From an uncultured bacterium (GTDB taxonomy: Bacteria > Margulisbacteria > WOR-1 > CAVSGV01): a DNA stretch of 21,902 bases. The position numbers and the translations under genes are program-made. This document shows positions 18,011 to 21,902 of this stretch, piece after piece (within the stretch, counting starts at the first letter, position 1; each line of letters begins with the position of its first letter). The stretch covers positions 1-21,902 of the forward strand of contig CAVYHE010000011.1 in NCBI GenBank assembly GCA_963768305.1, in the 5' to 3' direction. Below the pieces are notes generated by a model. The model searched no databases. It saw only the letters and a program-made list of their open reading frames with translations, and was not told the origin of the DNA.

Positions 18011-19287
18011 ACATGATAATCCTTGCATTGAACTGCGGCAGCTCATCTGTAAAATACCAGCTTTATGACTGGAACAAGCGCGAAATACTGACCAAAGGCA
18101 TCGTAGAGCGCATCGGGCTTGATAATTCATTCATTACCCACGAAGAGCCGGGTAAGGATGTTTACAAGGCGGAATATAACTGTCCCGACCACAAGGAAGC
18201 CATAAAGCTGATAATCAACACTCTCATCGACAAAGAGGTAGGCATATTAAAAGATATATCCGCCATCTCTGCGGTGGGACACAGGGTGGTGCACGGCGGT
18301 GAAAAATTTTCCAGATCGGTCCGGATCAATGATGAAGTTCTGTCGGCGATAAAGGAATTTGCCGATCTCGCGCCGCTGCACAATCCACACAACATATCAG
18401 GCATCGAGGCCGCACAGGCCATATTTCCGTCCGTCCCGCAGATAGCTGTGTTTGATACTGCTTTCCACCAGACAATGCCGCCTTCGGCGTATCTGTATGC
18501 GGTGCCTTACGAATGGTACAAGATGTACGGCGTGCGCCGGTATGGGTTCCACGGGACGAGCCATCTTTACGTGTCAAGGCGGGCCGCCGCCATACTGGGA
18601 AAGAGGCCGAAGGACGTGAATGTTATAACAATGCATGTGGGCAATGGAGTGAGCATCGCTGCGGTGAAACAAGGAGTATCCATTGATACCAGCATGGGTT
18701 TAACGCCGCTGGAGGGGGCGGTAATGGGCACCAGGTGCGGCGACATAGATCCGGCCATAATATTGTTCATGATAGAAAAGGAAGGGTTCTATGCGCACCA
18801 GCTGGATACTATTTTAAACAAGAAGAGCGGGCTCCTGGGCATCACCGGAAAATATTTTGACAGGAGGGACATAGACCGCGCTGCCGAAGAAGGGGACGAG
18901 CGGGCAAAGCTCGCGCAGGAGATAGAATCCTACAGGTTACGGAAATATATCGGCTCCTACACCGCGGCAATGGGCGGCCTGGACGCCGTGGTCTTCACTG
19001 CCGGAGCAGGGGAGAGGAACCATCTTCTCAGGGAAAGAACGATGGAAGGGCTGGGTTATATGGGGATAGAGCTTGATAAGGGAAAGAACAAGGCAGCTAG
19101 CGGCGAAACAGAATCCATAATTTCATCCGACGATTCCAGGGTGAAGGTCATGGTCATCCCCACCGATGAAGAGCTTGTTTTTGTGGAGGATGTGGCGGCC
19201 ATACTGGAAGGAAGATACGATATCCACACGAGGTTCACTTATTCTTTCCAGGACCCAAAATTCAAAAGGAAGATCGTCCATAAATGA
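18007..19287 (+). CDS. ackA: Acetate kinase
   Basis: LNCGSSSVKY, VGHRVVHGG, LAPLHNP, VFDTAFHQT, RRYGFHGTSH, DTSMGLTPLEG...GTRCGDIDP and IPTDEE. Confidence 0.97.
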   Translation: MNMIILALNCGSSSVKYQLYDWNKREILTKGIVERIGLDNSFITHEEPGKDVYKAEYNCPDHKEAIKLIINTLIDKEVGILKDISAISAVGHRVVHGGEKFSRSVRINDEVLSAIKEFADLAPLHNPHNISGIEAAQAIFPSVPQIAVFDTAFHQTMPPSAYLYAVPYEWYKMYGVRRYGFHGTSHLYVSRRAAAILGKRPKDVNVITMHVGNGVSIAAVKQGVSIDTSMGLTPLEGAVMGTRCGDIDPAIILFMIEKEGFYAHQLDTILNKKSGLLGITGKYFDRRDIDRAAEEGDERAKLAQEIESYRLRKYIGSYTAAMGGLDAVVFTAGAGERNHLLRERTMEGLGYMGIELDKGKNKAASGETESIISSDDSRVKVMVIPTDEELVFVEDVAAILEGRYDIHTRFTYSFQDPKFKRKIVHK

Positions 19288-20549
19288 GCATGATCTGCGT
19301 ATTTGAGGATGAAGGGTTTAGTGCGCTTCTGCCTGTAACGTGGTTCAGGCCCGTCTTTGACATACGCTGCGGTATCAATACACTTTTGGAGAAAATAAAA
19401 ATAAATTATCCGCGCGCGAACATATGTCTCTTCTGCCGGGATTATCTTGGTCCTTCGGTAAAAAGATCCCATCCGGGTGTTTCCGTCGGAAAGGCGAACA
19501 ATGAACCTTCCATTCTTTTTATCAACGGACGGCTTTTGGTAAGCCCTGATGCTGCAAAAAAAATACCGCTTTCAGGCAGTGATGAGATATTCGTCTGCAA
19601 CGGAACGATAATAGCGGCAAGGCTTTCAAAGGGCAATCTTGAGCAGGTTTTAAGTAACCCATTCATACTTGACGCGAAAAAATATTTTTCTCCGGTCACC
19701 AAGACCGCGAAAACAACCCAAATAGAAGCAAAACTGATCGATCACTATTATGAAATAACGGAAAATAATCCCCAAGAGATAAAGTCCGATTTCTCCCAGG
19801 TAACGCGTGGCGGGGTTACAAGGGGCAGGGTCCACCAGACCGCGGCAGTACACCAGAGGAGCGGGGTTTTTATAGATGACGGCGCGGAGGTGGACGCGTT
19901 CTGCGTCATAGACGCGAGGAAAGGCCCTGTTTACCTATCAAAGAATGCGGTGGTACAGCCTTATGTCAGGCTGGAGGGCCCATGTTTCATAGGCGAGGGC
20001 GCGGTCATTAATACCGGCGCGAACATAAGAACGGGGACATCTGTCGGGCCTTCTTGCAGGGTGGGCGGCGAGGTGGAGATGACCGTATTTCAGGGATACT
20101 CAAACAAGCAGCATTACGGGTTCCTGGGGCACAGCTATGTTGGTGAGTGGGTGAATATCGGGGCAGGCGCCTCCAATTCCGATCTTAAGAACAATTACGG
20201 CAATGTGAAGGTGCATTATATAAACAATGAAACGGATTCAGGAAAAACTTTTGTCGGTTGCTGCATAGCGGACCATACGAAGATAGGCATAGGAGCCCTT
20301 ATCGCCACCGGTTCGGTGATAGGTGCGGCAGCAAACATCTACGGAGGAGGGTTGACGCAGAAATTCATCCCTTCTTTTTCATGGGGAGACGCGCAGAACC
20401 TTGTCCAGCATGATCCTGAAAAGGCATTGACCTCGGCCAAATCCGTAATGTCCAGGCGCGGCATTGAGATGAGCGCTGAGGACGCGGAGCTTTTCAGAAA
20501 AGTCTTCGAAATGACCGCAGACGAAAGACGCTATTGCCGGGTCGTCTAA
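19284..20549 (+). CDS. GlmU-related putative sugar nucleotidyltransferase/acetyltransferase
   Basis: LLPVTWFRPVFDIRCGI...LEK, INGR, hexapeptide repeats, GGEV...YSNKQHYGFLGHSYVGEWVNIGA...NSDLKNNY and KFIPSFSWG. Confidence 0.85.
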   Translation: MSMICVFEDEGFSALLPVTWFRPVFDIRCGINTLLEKIKINYPRANICLFCRDYLGPSVKRSHPGVSVGKANNEPSILFINGRLLVSPDAAKKIPLSGSDEIFVCNGTIIAARLSKGNLEQVLSNPFILDAKKYFSPVTKTAKTTQIEAKLIDHYYEITENNPQEIKSDFSQVTRGGVTRGRVHQTAAVHQRSGVFIDDGAEVDAFCVIDARKGPVYLSKNAVVQPYVRLEGPCFIGEGAVINTGANIRTGTSVGPSCRVGGEVEMTVFQGYSNKQHYGFLGHSYVGEWVNIGAGASNSDLKNNYGNVKVHYINNETDSGKTFVGCCIADHTKIGIGALIATGSVIGAAANIYGGGLTQKFIPSFSWGDAQNLVQHDPEKALTSAKSVMSRRGIEMSAEDAELFRKVFEMTADERRYCRVV

Positions 20550-20605
20550 TGGTAGGACACCGCCCTTTGGAGGCGAGAATTGGGGTTCAAGTCCCTGCCC
20601 GGCAG
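20535..20605 (+). tRNA. tRNA-Gln (anticodon TTG), CCA not encoded
   Basis: Acceptor stem TGCCGGG/CCCGGCA, D-arm GTC-TAATGGTAG-GAC, anticodon loop CT-TTG-GA (20567-20569), T-loop TTCAAGT, discriminator G at 20605. Confidence 0.95.
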
Positions 20606-20634
20606 ATCACCTGACTATCCAAACAAAGGCTGTT

Positions 20635-20663
20635 TTGCTAAAATATAATACCTGTATTATAAT
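20635..20663 (+). promoter_or_regulatory. Sigma70-type promoter for the TPR gene
   Basis: TTGCTA, 17-nt spacer, TATAAT. Confidence 0.65.
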
Positions 20664-20690
20664 GTATTTGAGGAATTTCAAATAAGTCTT

Positions 20691-21902
20691 ATGAGAATAT
20701 TTAAAATCGTTCCGTTGCTCGTGATAGCAATGATTTTGCCGATATTCCCGTTGCATTTATTCGCCGTTACACAAACTACTTCCGCAGCCAATGCCGCCGT
20801 TACGAATATGACCCACTCCCAAAAAGGGTATGCTCTCAGGACGGCGGGAAAGCTTAACGCTGCGCTGAAAGAATACAAGGAGGCATTAGAGACAGACCCC
20901 AATAGTATTTCCGTGCACCTGGAATTAGGCCTAATATACAGCTGGCAGCAAAAATATAAAGCTTCAGTCCTGGAATTCCAGAAAGTTATTGCCATTGACC
21001 CGAAGACGACCATGGCTTATTTGGAAATGGGACGGGTTTATTTGTGGCAAAATATGTTCAAAACATCCATAAAATATTATAAAAAAGCAGTTGCGCTTGA
21101 GCCGAAAAACCCGATCACCCATCTGAGTCTTGCCCAGGCTTATTCCAGCAACAAAGATACCGAACATGCAATAGCCGAATATTTAAAAGCCACGGAGCTG
21201 GACCCTAAAAATGCGCAATCTTACAGACAGCTTGGGGAGGCGTATTTTTCCGCACAGAAGTATGACGATGCCATTAGTGCCGAGAAAAAGGCCCTGGAAT
21301 TGGACCCGCAAAACACCGATATTCTCAAAAGGATAACCGAAATGTCGGCTGCCGCTAAACAAAATGCTGCTCGGCTCGGCTGAAACCGTTACACAGACAG
21401 ACCGCTCCCGCGGCCAATGCCGCAGTTCCGAATTTATCCCACTTCCAAAAAGGATATGCTCTCAGGACAGCGGGAAAGCTTAACGCTGCGCTGAAAGAAT
21501 ACGAGGAGGCATTAGAGACAGACCCCAATAATATTTCAACGCACCTTGAGATGGGCCTGATATACAGCTGGCAGCAAAAATATAAAGCTTCCATCCTGGA
21601 ATTCCAGAAAGTTATTGCCATTGATCCAAAGACGACCATGGCTTACATGGAAATGGGACGGGTTTATTTGTGGCAAAATATGTTCAAAACATCCATAAAA
21701 TATTATAAAAAAGCAGTTGCGCTAAAGCCGAAAAACCCGATCACCCATCTTAGTCTTGCCCAGGCTTATCCCAGCAACAAAGATATCGAAAATGCAATAG
21801 CTGAATATTTAAAAGCCACGGAGCTGGACCTCATAATGCACAATCTTACAGACAGCTTGGGGAGCCGTATTTTTCCGTACAGAAGTATGACGATCCCATT
21901 AA
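20691..21902 (+). CDS. Exported TPR-repeat protein with a duplicated module; frameshifted near 21375-21400 and partial at the window end
   Basis: Signal peptide plus TPR repeats in 20691-21383. A second near-identical module (AANAAVPNLSHFQKGYALRTAGKLNAALKEYEEAL...) follows without its own start or signal peptide. Confidence 0.75.
20764..21902 (+). repeat. Tandem duplication, period about 626 bp
   Basis: For example AGCTTAACGCTGCGCTGAAAGAATAC at 20851 and 21477; long near-identical stretches continue to the window end. Confidence 0.92.

Noticed and set aside
1595..19853. Numerous long antisense or alternative-frame ORFs (for example 1595-2134 +, 4114-4776 -, 7745-8257 -, 12800-13303 -, 14073-14600 -)
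   Set aside because: They are shadows of well-supported genes and have no recognisable motifs.
20606..21902. Integrative element inserted at tRNA-Gln
   Set aside because: No integrase and no duplicated tRNA 3' end within the window.
1..21902. Taxonomic assignment (impression of a Margulisbacteria/Saganbacteria-like lineage)
   Set aside because: Only an impression from gene content; it cannot be supported without a homology search.

Overview
Bacterial chromosomal window, mostly housekeeping genes. From left: metallophosphoesterase (+), an ORF6N/KilA-N-type DNA-binding gene (-), ilvD (-), then a long + strand run of rpsF, two tandem ssb genes, rpsR, rplI, uvrC, an M23/EnvC-like peptidase, ctpA, a divergent polysaccharide deacetylase, Wza/SLBB and Wzz-like genes, PGI/PMI, a mannose-1-P guanylyltransferase-like gene and hisD. 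Next come pyrB (-), an ApbE-like gene, ackA, a GlmU-related gene, tRNA-Gln(TTG) and an internally duplicated TPR gene running off the end. Many genes, including ribosomal protein genes, carry small frameshifts that most likely reflect sequencing/assembly indel errors, not pseudogenisation. The most notable unexplained structures are: (1) three related perfect palindromes downstream of, inside and upstream of the ORF6N gene; (2) a ~100-nt rod-shaped candidate ncRNA ending in a T8 tract between ilvD and rpsF; (3) a GAGTTAA heptamer repeat family, one array of which encodes a signal peptide; (4) tandem ssb paralogs; (5) an ApbE homolog with apparently substituted catalytic residues. No transposase, integrase or CRISPR array was seen.
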